This document shows, in pieces, positions 49,442 through 59,417 of a DNA stretch of 64,000 nt. The notes below the pieces were generated by a model, which was not told the DNA's origin, did no database searches, and saw only the letters and a list, made by a program, of their open reading frames with translations. The position numbers and the translations under genes are program-made. How positions within the stretch are numbered: position 1 is the first letter of the stretch; the number at the start of each line of letters is the position of its first letter. Source of the stretch: an uncultured Pseudomonadota bacterium (GTDB lineage Bacteria; Oederibacteriota; Muellerivitia; Muellerivitales; Muellerivitaceae); contig CAWJKT010000008.1 of NCBI GenBank assembly GCA_963843375.1, positions 1 to 64,000 of the forward strand, read 5' to 3'.

Positions 49442-50710
49442 TTACATTACCAATAGTCGGATGACGGCTTTCCCCAGCTTTTCCGGACTATGTCTAACAT
49501 AATCTTCTTGGTGTAGCAAATTCACCTTTACTAACTCAATATCTAACGCCTTAACCCCCTCCTCATCCACCACCACGGGCTCCTGTCCCTGGGCTTCATA
49601 CCGGGCTAAAAGTTGGGAAGGAACTTTTTCCTTGTTGGCGATCACATAATGAATGAACCCCGGACTGGTATGTTTGAGGATAGCTTTCACATGATCCGAA
49701 ACAGTTAGGTTATCCGTTTCTCCTGGCTGTGTCATGACATTACAAACATATATCTTAATGGCGCGAGACAAGGCGATGGTTTCGGCGACTTCTGGAATCA
49801 ACAGATTGGGTAGGATACTGGTATAAAGGCTTCCCGGTCCCAAAACAATAGCATCCGCTTCCAACAGAGCCTTCAAAACATCTTTGTTGGGACGTATCTT
49901 TTTTTCTTTTAGCATGATCCGATCGATGGGAGACTTGCCCAACGGTATTTGCGATTCTCCCGTAATGATCCTACCGTTTTTCAATTTGGCTTGGAGTGTC
50001 ATACTCTCGAAAGTGACTGGCATAACAGTTCCTCGGGTGGCCAATACCCGGCTGGATTCCTCCACGGCCCTTCCGAAATCACCCGTAATTTCCTTCATGA
50101 CCGTAATAAAAAGATTACCGAAACTATGACCTTTTAGGTCACCATGACTTTTAAACCGGTATTGAAAAAGATCCTTGAGAAGCGTTTCCTGGTCGGACAA
50201 TGCGACAATACAATTGCGGATGTCTCCCGGAGGGGGGGTTCCAAAATCCTTCCTTAAACGACCCGAACTGCCGCCATCATCCGCAACGGTCACTACTGCA
50301 GTGAGATTACTCGTATAATGTTTCAAGCTTGATAAAACATTTGGAAGTCCGGTGCCTCCTCCCACCGCCACAATTCGCGGCCCGCGTTTAAGGCGAGTCC
50401 GTTGATAGGCGATATTAATGAATTCCTTTTCTCTTGCAGGAGCGTAAACCGTTAGTACTGAAAAAAACAGTCGCCCAATACCCAAATAAATTCCCCAAAA
50501 AGCCAAGAGCATGAAAAGAAAATCAACGAACTTGAGGTGCTTGAGATGGTCTTCCAATTCGACAATCACGGGAGGACGCAAATGTATGCCGCCCGTGTGT
50601 TGACTCATGACACCGGAAAATCCAACATAAAGAACAATCATCGATAGAATGATAAGAAAGATCCACCGCTTGAGGCGCAAACCGGGATAGAGCCAGGGGA
50701 AGCTCAACAT
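49442..50710 (-). CDS. yvcK: YvcK/GlmR-family (UPF0052) protein with N-terminal membrane segments
   Basis: GGGTGL, VTVADDGGSSGRLR, PPGDIRNC, GHSFGNL, GPGSLYTS, NVMTQPGET. Confidence 0.92.
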   Translation of the reverse strand: MLSFPWLYPGLRLKRWIFLIILSMIVLYVGFSGVMSQHTGGIHLRPPVIVELEDHLKHLKFVDFLFMLLAFWGIYLGIGRLFFSVLTVYAPAREKEFINIAYQRTRLKRGPRIVAVGGGTGLPNVLSSLKHYTSNLTAVVTVADDGGSSGRLRKDFGTPPPGDIRNCIVALSDQETLLKDLFQYRFKSHGDLKGHSFGNLFITVMKEITGDFGRAVEESSRVLATRGTVMPVTFESMTLQAKLKNGRIITGESQIPLGKSPIDRIMLKEKKIRPNKDVLKALLEADAIVLGPGSLYTSILPNLLIPEVAETIALSRAIKIYVCNVMTQPGETDNLTVSDHVKAILKHTSPGFIHYVIANKEKVPSQLLARYEAQGQEPVVVDEEGVKALDIELVKVNLLHQEDYVRHSPEKLGKAVIRLLVM

Positions 50711-51681
50711 TAATTTTTAGCCTTGGGTTTCGGAGAATTTCGGCGGGCTGTTTCTTCTGACATCATGCGGGAAACCCGATCGGCAAATTCCTGGGCCGTG
50801 AAATAACCCAATTTCATCAGGCGGTGGTTCATGGCCGCCACCTCGATGATCACCGCCAAGTTCCTTCCCGGCCTCACCGGAATGAGGAACATCGGAATTT
50901 CAACATCGAAAATTTTATGCGTGGCAGGGGTCAACCCCAAACGGTCATATTCTTTTTTATTGTCCCATTCTTCCAGACGGATAATTAATTCGATACGTTT
51001 CCTGTCCCGAATAGCCCCCACGCCAAAAAGGCTTTCAATATTAATGATTCCCAATCCCCGGATTTCCATGTGATGTTTAATGATTTCGGACCGAGAACCC
51101 ATTAATATCCGGTTAGCCAACCGTTTGATGTAAACAAGATCATCTGCCACCAACCGATGGCCACGCTCCACCAAGTCTAAAGCGCACTCGCTTTTTCCAA
51201 TACCCGAATTCCCTAAAATGAGAATTCCAACCCCATAGACATCCAAAAGAGTTCCATGAATGGTGGTTTCGGGGGCAAACTCTTCTTCCAAGAAAACCGA
51301 AATTTCGGAAATAAACTTAGTTGTAGGAGTCACGGTCGAGAAAAGGGGGATTTGTTGTTCCTCAGCCTCAGAAACCAAATCTGCTGGCGGTTTCATTTTA
51401 TGAGTCACGACAATACAGGGAAGACGATGGGATAGCAGGGTCTTAAGTATTTTTTTACGTTGGGCCGGCTTAAGCGTCCGAAGGAAATGAATCTCAGTTT
51501 TCCCAAGTATTTGGAGGCGCTCATATGGAAACCATTTCAAGTACCCGGTCAACGCCATGCCCATTCGGTTAATGTCCACACTGACAATAAACCGGTCTGA
51601 TATTCCCGCTTCGGTTACGGGCGAAAGGCGAAGCCGTTCTTTAGCCTGCTGAAAAAAAGACTCCACGGAAATTTTCTTCAT
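50710..51681 (-). CDS. hprK: HPr(Ser) kinase/phosphorylase
   Basis: HGTLLDVYGVG, GNSGIGKSECAL, HRLVADD, MEIRGLGII, PVRPGRN. Confidence 0.96.
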   Translation of the reverse strand: MKKISVESFFQQAKERLRLSPVTEAGISDRFIVSVDINRMGMALTGYLKWFPYERLQILGKTEIHFLRTLKPAQRKKILKTLLSHRLPCIVVTHKMKPPADLVSEAEEQQIPLFSTVTPTTKFISEISVFLEEEFAPETTIHGTLLDVYGVGILILGNSGIGKSECALDLVERGHRLVADDLVYIKRLANRILMGSRSEIIKHHMEIRGLGIINIESLFGVGAIRDRKRIELIIRLEEWDNKKEYDRLGLTPATHKIFDVEIPMFLIPVRPGRNLAVIIEVAAMNHRLMKLGYFTAQEFADRVSRMMSEETARRNSPKPKAKN

Positions 51682-51721
51682 GGTCCTCGCCGCTTTGGCT
51701 TTTTCCCTGCCGGAAAGCCCG

Positions 51722-52186
51722 TCAGTGCTTGAGCTTCTCTTCTTCTTGGATTATTTTGACCACATCTTCAGGAGTTTTAGCCGATAGAAGTGACTTGCGG
51801 AAATACTTGTCTTTTAAAAGACTGGAAATGCGGGCCAAGGCTTTCAAATGAGCTCCAGCCGCGCCCTCCGGAGCCACGAGCAGAAAAAAGATATTCACGG
51901 GTTCGCCATCTAAGGAATCGAAACTGATGCCATCAACCGAAAGCCCGAAAGCTGCCGCCAAATCCGAAACGGTTTCCGATTTTCCATGCGGGATGGCAAT
52001 TCCCTGACCAATACCCGTGGAACCAAGCTCTTCACGTTCCATAAGTGTTTGAAGCATTTTCTTTTTGTCTTTTACTTTTCCCGTCTTGACCAAGAGTTCC
52101 ACCATCTCTTTAATGGCGTCTTTCTTATTTTTGGATTCCAAGGACATCTTAATGGCGTCAACAGTTAAAAAATCCAATATCTGCAT
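51722..52186 (-). CDS. ptsN: PTS EIIA (Ntr/fructose type)
   Basis: REELGSTGIGQGIAIPH, FDSLDGEPV, HLKALARIS; located after rpoN-hpf. Confidence 0.85.
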   Translation of the reverse strand: MQILDFLTVDAIKMSLESKNKKDAIKEMVELLVKTGKVKDKKKMLQTLMEREELGSTGIGQGIAIPHGKSETVSDLAAAFGLSVDGISFDSLDGEPVNIFFLLVAPEGAAGAHLKALARISSLLKDKYFRKSLLSAKTPEDVVKIIQEEEKLKH

Positions 52187-52244
52187 GAAACTTCCTCCCG
52201 AAAAGTCAGTTGAAAAATTTTACTCCCGGATCGATAACTGCCCC

Positions 52245-52784
52245 TCAATACTCAGGTTCGATCAACCCGATATGATGATCATTGCGCTTATATACAACCC
52301 CAGTTCTATCGGTCTCGGAATTCGAAAAAACCAAAAACTCATCTTTAGAAGAAGCCAATTGCAACGCGGCTTCCTCGATCGTCATGGGCTTGATTGCATA
52401 ATTCTGCGTCCGCACAACCTTAACTCCATCAACTTCCACGTTCCTCGAAAATAAACTCGGTTTAATTGAGCCTTTAGCTTTGGGACGCTCCGATCGATGA
52501 TGTTCAACCCGTTTATCTTTTTGCTTATGCGCCTGTTTTTCCAGTCTTTGCAGGGCCACGTCAATTGATTGGTACATATCATGGGATGAAGCTTTCGCGC
52601 TTAATTTCAATCCTTTGGCGCTTAATGTCACCTCGCAGATATGGAGTTTTCTCTCAAAATTCAAAACCACATGGGCTTCCTTGATTTTTCCCAAATACCT
52701 TTCCACCCGTTGAATCTTATCCTCGATGTGAATCCTTAACCCCTCAGTGAGTTGTTCATGACGACTGGTAATATGGATTTTCAT
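52245..52784 (-). CDS. hpf: Ribosome hibernation promoting factor (long HPF)
   Basis: MKIHITSRH...DMYQSID; C-terminal KPMTIEEAALQL...VVYKRND..IGLIEP. Confidence 0.93.
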   Translation of the reverse strand: MKIHITSRHEQLTEGLRIHIEDKIQRVERYLGKIKEAHVVLNFERKLHICEVTLSAKGLKLSAKASSHDMYQSIDVALQRLEKQAHKQKDKRVEHHRSERPKAKGSIKPSLFSRNVEVDGVKVVRTQNYAIKPMTIEEAALQLASSKDEFLVFSNSETDRTGVVYKRNDHHIGLIEPEY

Positions 52785-52861
52785 TGTTTTTCCCGTTGGA
52801 GTAAACAAGGTTGGATTCCTTCTGCCCTTTTCAAACGAAAAAATCGTCCAAAAGAGCTGTT

Positions 52862-52889
52862 ATTCTAACACTCGAAAACCGGAAGTCAA
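52862..52889 (-). promoter_or_regulatory. Putative sigma70 promoter for hpf-ptsN-hprK operon
   Basis: Minus strand TTGACT-16 nt-TAGAAT with TG extended -10. Confidence 0.55.
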
Positions 52890-52977
52890 TCTGCACCGGG
52901 CTTTCACAACATTGAAAAACCCGAAGTTCAAAAGCAAATCCACTCTTTCTCCAAACAAGATATTCAAATATGATTTG

Positions 52978-54507
52978 TCACAATTTTCGCCGTTGGGAAG
53001 CGGAGGGGATTTTAAGCTCTTCTCGATATTTGGCGATGGTTCGACGGGCGATGCTGAGTCCCTGTTCATTCAACGCTTGCATGATCCTTTGGTCCGAAAA
53101 GGGTTTTTGGGGGGATTCCTGAGACACCAATTCCTTGATCTTTTCCTTAACCGACAAAGAAGACACGTCCAAACCATCCATCGATTCTAAACCGCTGGTG
53201 AAAAAATACTTCAATTCGAATAATCCCCGAGGTGTCTGCACGTACTTGTGGGTGGTTACTCGGCTTACCGTGGACTCGTGCATTCCGATGATGTCCGCCA
53301 CTTGTTTCAAAGTCAAAGGTTTTAAAACGCTAATCCCGATTTCAAGAAAATCTCGTTGAATTCGAAAAATGGCTTCGGTGACCCGGTAAATAGTTTTTCG
53401 CCTCTGTTCGATATTTTTAATTAACCAAATTGCCGATTGGATTTTGTTTTCTAGGAACTTTTTGGTTTCTTTCCCTTCAAGGGTTTTTTTGTCCTTTAAC
53501 AATCTCCTGTAATAAGGGGAAATCCGGAGTTTTGGTACTGGTTCGTCGTTTAAAACAACCACATACTCTCCATCCATTTTACGAACATACACATCCGGCG
53601 TGATGTACTTGGTTTCGTTTTCTTGAAAAGATCTTCCCGGTTTTGGCTCCAGTGTTGCGATAAAAGTTAAAATCTCCCGCAATTGTTCATCAGTACATCC
53701 CAGAGCTTTTGTGATAACAGGATATTTCCTTTTTTCCATTTCCTCAAAGTGGTCGTGCACTAATTGATAAGATTTGCGGGCCATTTCTCCGGTTTTATTT
53801 TCCAATTGGAGCAACAGGCATTCCCTTAAATTTCGAGCCCCAACCCCCGCGGGTTCAAAAGTCTGGATCAAACCCAATACCCGCTCGATCTCCTGAGAAG
53901 AAACTTCTTGTGAAGCCGCAATGTCCTCCACCTTATCCGTCAAGTATCCATTATCATCCAAGTTTCCGATAATGACTTTCCCAAGTTTTTTTTCCTGATC
54001 ATCCTTGGCAACCAGTAACAACTGCCACTCCAGGCTCTCCGATAGGGTCTGGGAACGAGTAATGGAAGCTTCCATGAAATCCCGTTTTTCCTGGTCGGTC
54101 TGGGAACTTTCACGCCCGCCAAACTCGGCGTCATTGGATTCTCCGTATTCTTCTGATTCCCTGTAAAGATTCCAGGTATCATCGCTAAATCGATCTCCAT
54201 CTTTTAAATGCTCAACCAAGTCGGTCTGATGCCGGTCTCGAGCCAATTCCAAAAGTTTATCTGAGTCGGGGTTGGACTGTTCGGAAGGAGGACCGTCCAT
54301 GGGTTCGGTGGGAGAAGCCTTATCGATGGTTTCAGAAGGGGTTTCTTCGTTTTCTTCCTCAAGAGTAGGGTTCTCCAAAATCTCTTTCTCAACCCATTCT
54401 TTTAATTCCAAGGTGGAAAGCTGAAGAATCTTCATGGCTTGCTGCAGCATCGGAGTCATGATCATCCGCTGCTGCATCTTTTGATTCATTCCAAACTGCT
54501 GCCGCAT
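52978..54507 (-). CDS. rpoN: RNA polymerase sigma-54 factor
   Basis: LQQAMKILQLS, GVGARNLRECLLLQ, HESTVSRV, RpoN box ARRTIAKYR. Confidence 0.97.
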   Translation of the reverse strand: MRQQFGMNQKMQQRMIMTPMLQQAMKILQLSTLELKEWVEKEILENPTLEEENEETPSETIDKASPTEPMDGPPSEQSNPDSDKLLELARDRHQTDLVEHLKDGDRFSDDTWNLYRESEEYGESNDAEFGGRESSQTDQEKRDFMEASITRSQTLSESLEWQLLLVAKDDQEKKLGKVIIGNLDDNGYLTDKVEDIAASQEVSSQEIERVLGLIQTFEPAGVGARNLRECLLLQLENKTGEMARKSYQLVHDHFEEMEKRKYPVITKALGCTDEQLREILTFIATLEPKPGRSFQENETKYITPDVYVRKMDGEYVVVLNDEPVPKLRISPYYRRLLKDKKTLEGKETKKFLENKIQSAIWLIKNIEQRRKTIYRVTEAIFRIQRDFLEIGISVLKPLTLKQVADIIGMHESTVSRVTTHKYVQTPRGLFELKYFFTSGLESMDGLDVSSLSVKEKIKELVSQESPQKPFSDQRIMQALNEQGLSIARRTIAKYREELKIPSASQRRKL

Positions 54508-54843
54508 AACTCATGCCACCTAAGGTAAATTATCCCACAGCAAGAATTATACCCTTTTGTGGTTAAGTGTTACTCATTAAAACGGGTGACTTTTCCAAGG
54601 ATAAAATCCGGGGAGGCAAGGTGTTGACCCATCATTTTATTATTAGGTAAATAATTTAAGGAACAAGGGTAGGTTCCCAATTCCCTCATTCTTCTTTTAT
54701 GGAGAATTCGGTGAAAAGGTTTGTATATCTGCTTGCAAGTATAATTCGCAAGGGATCAAAGAAAAACTCGGATTCTCAATTCGGCGACTCAATTTTGAGG
54801 CATGAACCCCGATAAAATCAATGATCGGTAAATAGATTTGCAC

Positions 54844-55164
54844 TTAACGGATCCACAATAAATAAACCAAGAAATTTAAGGCTAAAACCAAAGCTGCTCC
54901 ATAAAGGACGCCCCTGGCGACATGCGATTGATTCTTTTTCCTAAAAAAAAGAAAACAAGGAATGACATAAATCAACTGACTCAACCCACAAAACCCTAAG
55001 CTAAGCATAGGGAAAGTCGCCCAATCATTGGTAGGACCATTCGGACCCCAATCCGCCCAGGTGTCAAAAACAGCGTATGCAAGAAGAAACAAAGCAAAAA
55101 GAATGGCGAGAACTATTACCATTCCCTCGAAAACCTGGCGATGTTGGAAAGATTTCTCATCCAT
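54844..55164 (-). CDS. Small hypothetical membrane protein (3 TMs)
   Basis: Three hydrophobic segments, GLSQLIYVIP; ATG overlaps the amidohydrolase stop. Confidence 0.6.
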   Translation of the reverse strand: MDEKSFQHRQVFEGMVIVLAILFALFLLAYAVFDTWADWGPNGPTNDWATFPMLSLGFCGLSQLIYVIPCFLFFRKKNQSHVARGVLYGAALVLALNFLVYLLWIR

Positions 55165-56408
55165 ACTTCTTTTCAACCAAACTTTCCTGCCAGCCCGCTT
55201 TGAATTTTGTTTTTTCCCATTGGCGGATCCAGAAATTCAGGTCAAAAGGTTGTGGGAACTCCAGTTCCCCGGCCGGATAGGGACGCCCCCCTTTAAAAAC
55301 CAATTTTAACGTGCGGAAATACTGTGGATCTTTCAAAGGATCGTGTTGATAAAGAGCCAAGTCAGCGAACTTTCCTTTCTCAATCGTTCCAAGTTTTTCT
55401 TCTACTCCCAGTATTTTCGCCGCGTCCCGGGTGGCCATTTTCAAGCACTGAAAAGAAGTTAATCCGGTCGTTTGCAAATCCTTCCATTCTTTCACCGAAA
55501 TTCCGAAAGGCATGTGGGGATTTCCCGCGTCCGTCCCATAGGCCACTCGGCCTCCAAAGCTCAGGAACCTTTCCAAGTTAATTTGACCCTGGTGATGCCC
55601 GGCCCTGAACCCGTGTTGGCAATACTGACCAAAGGGGTGGTCGCTCCTTCGTTTCCATTCTTCCGCCCAGCCCGCATGAGCGTGAAGAGTCGGCACGATC
55701 ACGATTTTCTTTTTAACGGCTTCTTTCCAAAGATCATCTGACACCGGTCGGGACGGAACATGGGCCACTTCATCCACACCGCTATTCACACAAACCTCAA
55801 AATCTTCCTCGTTGGTAATGTGAACTGTCACCCGTTTGGAATGTGCATGGGCTTCGGTCACAATCGCGGAAACCTCGGTCCGCGAAAGGCAAGGGCCTAA
55901 CTCATGTTCCATTCCTATTTTAATGACGTCCACACCCATCCCGATCAATTTTTTAACCTTGTCTTGAGCTTGATAACGCCCTTGAACGGTCGCCGAGATT
56001 TTGGGGCCCCAGACGTTTTCGGGATATCCTTTCGGGACAGGTTAAAACGGGCCCGGAGACGAAAAGACGCGGAGAAGCGATAAGTCCCGACTGTTCCTTG
56101 GCTTTCCATGCAATCGCGTCATACAAATCGCTGGCGAGGTCCCTAACGCTGGTCACCCCATTCCTCAAAAAGCTGGCGAGTGTTTTTTCATCCACCAAAC
56201 CGTGAACATGCAGATCGATCAAACCCGGGAGCGCGAAAAGTCCTCGGCCGTCAATGATTTCGGCAGCCTGATAAGCTGGCGCTTTCGAATGAAGACCGGC
56301 ATAAGCAATTTTTTCCCCCGATAAGAGAATCGTGGAATCCGCAGCGGCCTTATCTTTGGCCCCATCATAAAGTGTTACTTTTTCAATCGCCGTGTTAATT
56401 TGAAGCAT
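55157..56408 (-). CDS. Metal-dependent amidohydrolase, split by a +1 frameshift near 56035
   Basis: PGLIDLHVH and GVTSVRD in the 5' ORF; GVDVIK, VTVH, VAHVP, YGTDAG, GTIEKGKFADL in the 3' ORF; deleting one G at 56034-56036 restores TCPKGYPENVWG. Confidence 0.85.
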
Positions 56409-56489
56409 AGAACCCCAAAAAAACTTTGGTTTTAAGTGAACAAACAAAACGATAAATATCGGCTTTGTTCAAAACAGAAAAAACTCGGA

Positions 56490-56825
56490 TTACAAAAATG
56501 GCAAAAGAGGGCAAACATCTGAAATGGCATATTCGCTCTGATCCTGGAAGACATGCAGGTTGAAAAAATGCCACGGCGGGGTTTGGAGCCGCAACCACCT
56601 GTTAGCCTCGGCCCCCGTGGAAACATCCGCCAAATCCTGATCAGGCACTAACATCTCCCTTCCTGCTTTTTGAGCTCCGGGAGTACAGCGTTCCTGGGGG
56701 ATAATAACCACCGTCTGGTGTACCGTATGGTCCCAAGCCCAACGTCGGGGCACAAACGAAATAATCGCAACTAAATATAAGTAGAAATTTAAGTTTGCTT
56801 TTAGCGGCAATTGGATTTTACCCAT
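56490..56825 (-). pseudogene. Degenerate N-terminal fragment of an S1/P1 nuclease
   Basis: Signal-like stretch then AWDHTVHQTV, LADVSTGAEANR, TPPWHFFNL, matching the S1/P1 pattern AW...H / LA..STWAD..R / PWH(F/Y)IN; stops at 111 aa. Confidence 0.6.
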
Positions 56826-56829
56826 AAAT

Positions 56830-56855
56830 AAAAAACCCGGGATTTTTTCCCGGGC
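56830..56855 (-). terminator. Rho-independent terminator after ino1
   Basis: Minus strand CCCGGGA-AAAAA-TCCCGGG followed by TTTTTT. Confidence 0.75.
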
Positions 56856-56880
56856 TTGGGGAATTTTAATCGGCTCTTTT

Positions 56881-57981
56881 TTACCGCGCCTTCACCGGTT
56901 CCCCGGCTTTGGAGTACTTGGCAATAAATGTTTCCACCAATTCATGGGCCTCAGCATCCGAATATTGAACGGGAGGTGTCTTAAAGAAGTAGGAGGAGGG
57001 TCCTTCTAAGGAACCCGCCAATTTAGAATCCAAAGCCAATTTGCAGCAACGAATAGCGTCAATACCAACCCCTGCGCTGTTGGGAGAATCCCAAACCTCC
57101 AATTTAAGTTCAATGGTTACTGGTACATCCCCAAATTCCCGGCCTTCCAAGCGAATATGGGCCCATTTGCGATCCTGCAACCAGGGAACATAATCCGAAG
57201 GTCCAATATAGATATTGTCCGGGTCAATGGGATGAGATAATTGGCTGACCACCGCGCCGGTTTTAGAGATTTTTTTGGATTCCAAACGTTCCCGTTCCAA
57301 CATATTTTTGAAATCCATGTTTCCGCCAAAATTTAGTTGAGATGTCCGGTCCAAGGCCACTCCGCGGTCGGAAAACATCTTAGCAAGGATACGATGAGTG
57401 ATAGTCGCGCCAACTTGGGCCTTAATATCGTCACCCAGAATCGGGAGACCTGCTTGCTCAAATTTTTTAGCCCAAGCAGGGTTTGAGGCGATGAATACCG
57501 GCATACAGTTGACCACGCCAACTCCCGCCTTGATGGCCTCATTCATGTAAAACTTGGTGGCTTCCTCACTACCCACCGGCAAGTAATTGATAAGGACGTC
57601 GGTCTTGGTTTCTTTAAGGATTTGGGCGATGTCGGCTGGTTTCTCAGGAGATTCGGTCACAACTTCTCGGTAATACTTGCCGAGTCCATCGTAAGTATGT
57701 CCACGGTAAACTTTGACATCCAATTTAGGCACTTCACAAAACTTGATGGTGTTATTAATGGGAGTAAAGATGGCCTCACCCAGGTCTTTGCCAACCTTGT
57801 TGGAGTCCACATCAAAGGCACAGGAAAACTCAATGTCCCCCACGTGGTATTTACCCAAGCGAACATGCATTAGCCCTGGAACAAAACCCTCTTCCTCGGC
57901 GTTTTGGTAATACCGCACGCCCTGTACCAATGAAGAAGCGCAACAACCCACCCCTACGATCGCAACCCGAATTTTAGCCAT
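56881..57981 (-). CDS. ino1: myo-inositol-1-phosphate (inositol-3-phosphate) synthase
   Basis: [71 protein letters not shown]. Confidence 0.96.
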   Translation of the reverse strand: MAKIRVAIVGVGCCASSLVQGVRYYQNAEEEGFVPGLMHVRLGKYHVGDIEFSCAFDVDSNKVGKDLGEAIFTPINNTIKFCEVPKLDVKVYRGHTYDGLGKYYREVVTESPEKPADIAQILKETKTDVLINYLPVGSEEATKFYMNEAIKAGVGVVNCMPVFIASNPAWAKKFEQAGLPILGDDIKAQVGATITHRILAKMFSDRGVALDRTSQLNFGGNMDFKNMLERERLESKKISKTGAVVSQLSHPIDPDNIYIGPSDYVPWLQDRKWAHIRLEGREFGDVPVTIELKLEVWDSPNSAGVGIDAIRCCKLALDSKLAGSLEGPSSYFFKTPPVQYSDAEAHELVETFIAKYSKAGEPVKAR

Positions 57982-58013
57982 AACCCCAGGAACCTCCCGA
58001 CAAAATGGCAGCT

Positions 58014-58619
58014 TTACCTGCTTTTAACATTCCGCATTTCAATCCAAACCCGGCGTACCCGTTGAATCACCGTCACCAGGGATAAAACTCCAACCACTTC
58101 CAGGGCAGGAATCAGATGGGCAAATAAAAGACCCAGAGCCAACAGGATAACCCTCCCGGGCCGGGGTAATAAACCTATCTCGCATTCAATTCCAAGACCT
58201 TCCGCCCGAGCCCTGGTATATGAGACTAACTGGGTTAATATACAGACGCCAAAAGCCATTAGAAGAGCCTGAGGATTCTGGTGTTGGTAATAATACAATA
58301 GAAATCCGCCAAAAACGACCGCTTCTGACACCCGGTCCAAGGTTGAATCCCAAAATGCCCCAAAAGGCTTCGGAAGACCATTATTCCTAGCTAATGATCC
58401 ATCCAGAACATCGAAGAAACCCGCCCCTAATAGCCATAAGCCCGCGGGCACCCAGCTTTCTTTCAGCAATTCAAACGGTACCATGAAGGTGACCAAGACT
58501 CCGAGGAAGGTCAAGATATTGGGACTAATGCCTAGGGCTCTCAAAAACACGCACAATGGTCTTAAAGTGCGATCGATCCAAGTTTTAAAGCGATTTTTTT
58601 TTTGCGAGGAATTTTTGAT
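58014..58619 (-). CDS. CDP-alcohol phosphatidyltransferase, phosphatidylinositol-phosphate synthase-like (start uncertain: ATC 58619 or TTG 58556)
   Basis: [19 protein letters not shown]...[11 protein letters not shown] signature, [12 protein letters not shown]; directly upstream of ino1. Confidence 0.88.
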   Translation of the reverse strand: MKNSSQKKNRFKTWIDRTLRPLCVFLRALGISPNILTFLGVLVTFMVPFELLKESWVPAGLWLLGAGFFDVLDGSLARNNGLPKPFGAFWDSTLDRVSEAVVFGGFLLYYYQHQNPQALLMAFGVCILTQLVSYTRARAEGLGIECEIGLLPRPGRVILLALGLLFAHLIPALEVVGVLSLVTVIQRVRRVWIEMRNVKSR

Positions 58620-58634
58620 GGAGTTCTCCCGGGA

Positions 58635-59372
58635 TTATTTAAGCGAAAACCGTTCACCTAGATAAATCTCACGGGCTTTCTTATTGGACGCCAATTTCGC
58701 AGCCGTTCCCGAAAGTAGGATCTTCCCTTCGAACATGATGTAAGCCCGGTCGACGATCGAAAGGGTTTCGCGAACATTATGGTCGGTGATAAGAATTCCT
58801 ATTTTCTTTTTCTTGAGGAATCGAATGATGCCTTGAATATCCTGGACCGCAATTGGATCGATACCCACGAAAGGCTCATCCAAAAGTATAAAATTAGGTT
58901 GTAGAACTAAGGCCCTGGCGATCTCCACCCGCCGTCGTTCACCTCCCGACAAGGTGTAGGCTTTTTGTTTGGATAGGTGGGTGACTTTCAGCTCTTCCAA
59001 CAACTCCTGTTTCCTTTTTTCCCTATCCACTTTGGAGAGAGGCGTCAGCTCGAGGATCGCCATGAGGTTCTCCTCGACCGAAAGTTTGCGGAAAATGGAG
59101 GCTTCTTGCGGAAGATAAGCTATCCCCATCCGTGCCCTTTTATACATGGGCATATGGGTGATGTCATGCGTATGGCCTTCTTCCTCAAAAAAAACACGGC
59201 CAGAATCGGGGGCAATAAAACCGGTTGTCATGTAAAAGGTGGTGGTCTTCCCGGCGCCATTAGGTCCCAAAAGTCCAACAACTTCTCCCTGATGGACCTC
59301 AATGGAAACATGGTCCACAACTTTTTTTCGGGAATAAAGTTTCACCAAATTTTGAGTCCGAAGGATTTTCAC
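58635..59372 (-). CDS. lptB: LPS export ABC transporter ATP-binding protein
   Basis: [58 protein letters not shown]. Confidence 0.96.
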   Translation of the reverse strand: MKILRTQNLVKLYSRKKVVDHVSIEVHQGEVVGLLGPNGAGKTTTFYMTTGFIAPDSGRVFFEEEGHTHDITHMPMYKRARMGIAYLPQEASIFRKLSVEENLMAILELTPLSKVDREKRKQELLEELKVTHLSKQKAYTLSGGERRRVEIARALVLQPNFILLDEPFVGIDPIAVQDIQGIIRFLKKKKIGILITDHNVRETLSIVDRAYIMFEGKILLSGTAAKLASNKKAREIYLGERFSLK

Positions 59373-59417
59373 TGGTTACAGCCTCGTGTAAAAATATTTA
59401 GTTTCAAAAAACGAACT

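Noticed and set aside
54508..54843. Possible hidden gene or RNA in longer spacers (also 24890-25291, 37645-37989, 49220-49441)
   Set aside because: Only very short ORFs and AT-rich promoter-like sequence; no convincing structure
56881..58619. Di-myo-inositol-phosphate (compatible solute) pathway
   Set aside because: No inositol-phosphate cytidylyltransferase domain or gene nearby; not fully excluded
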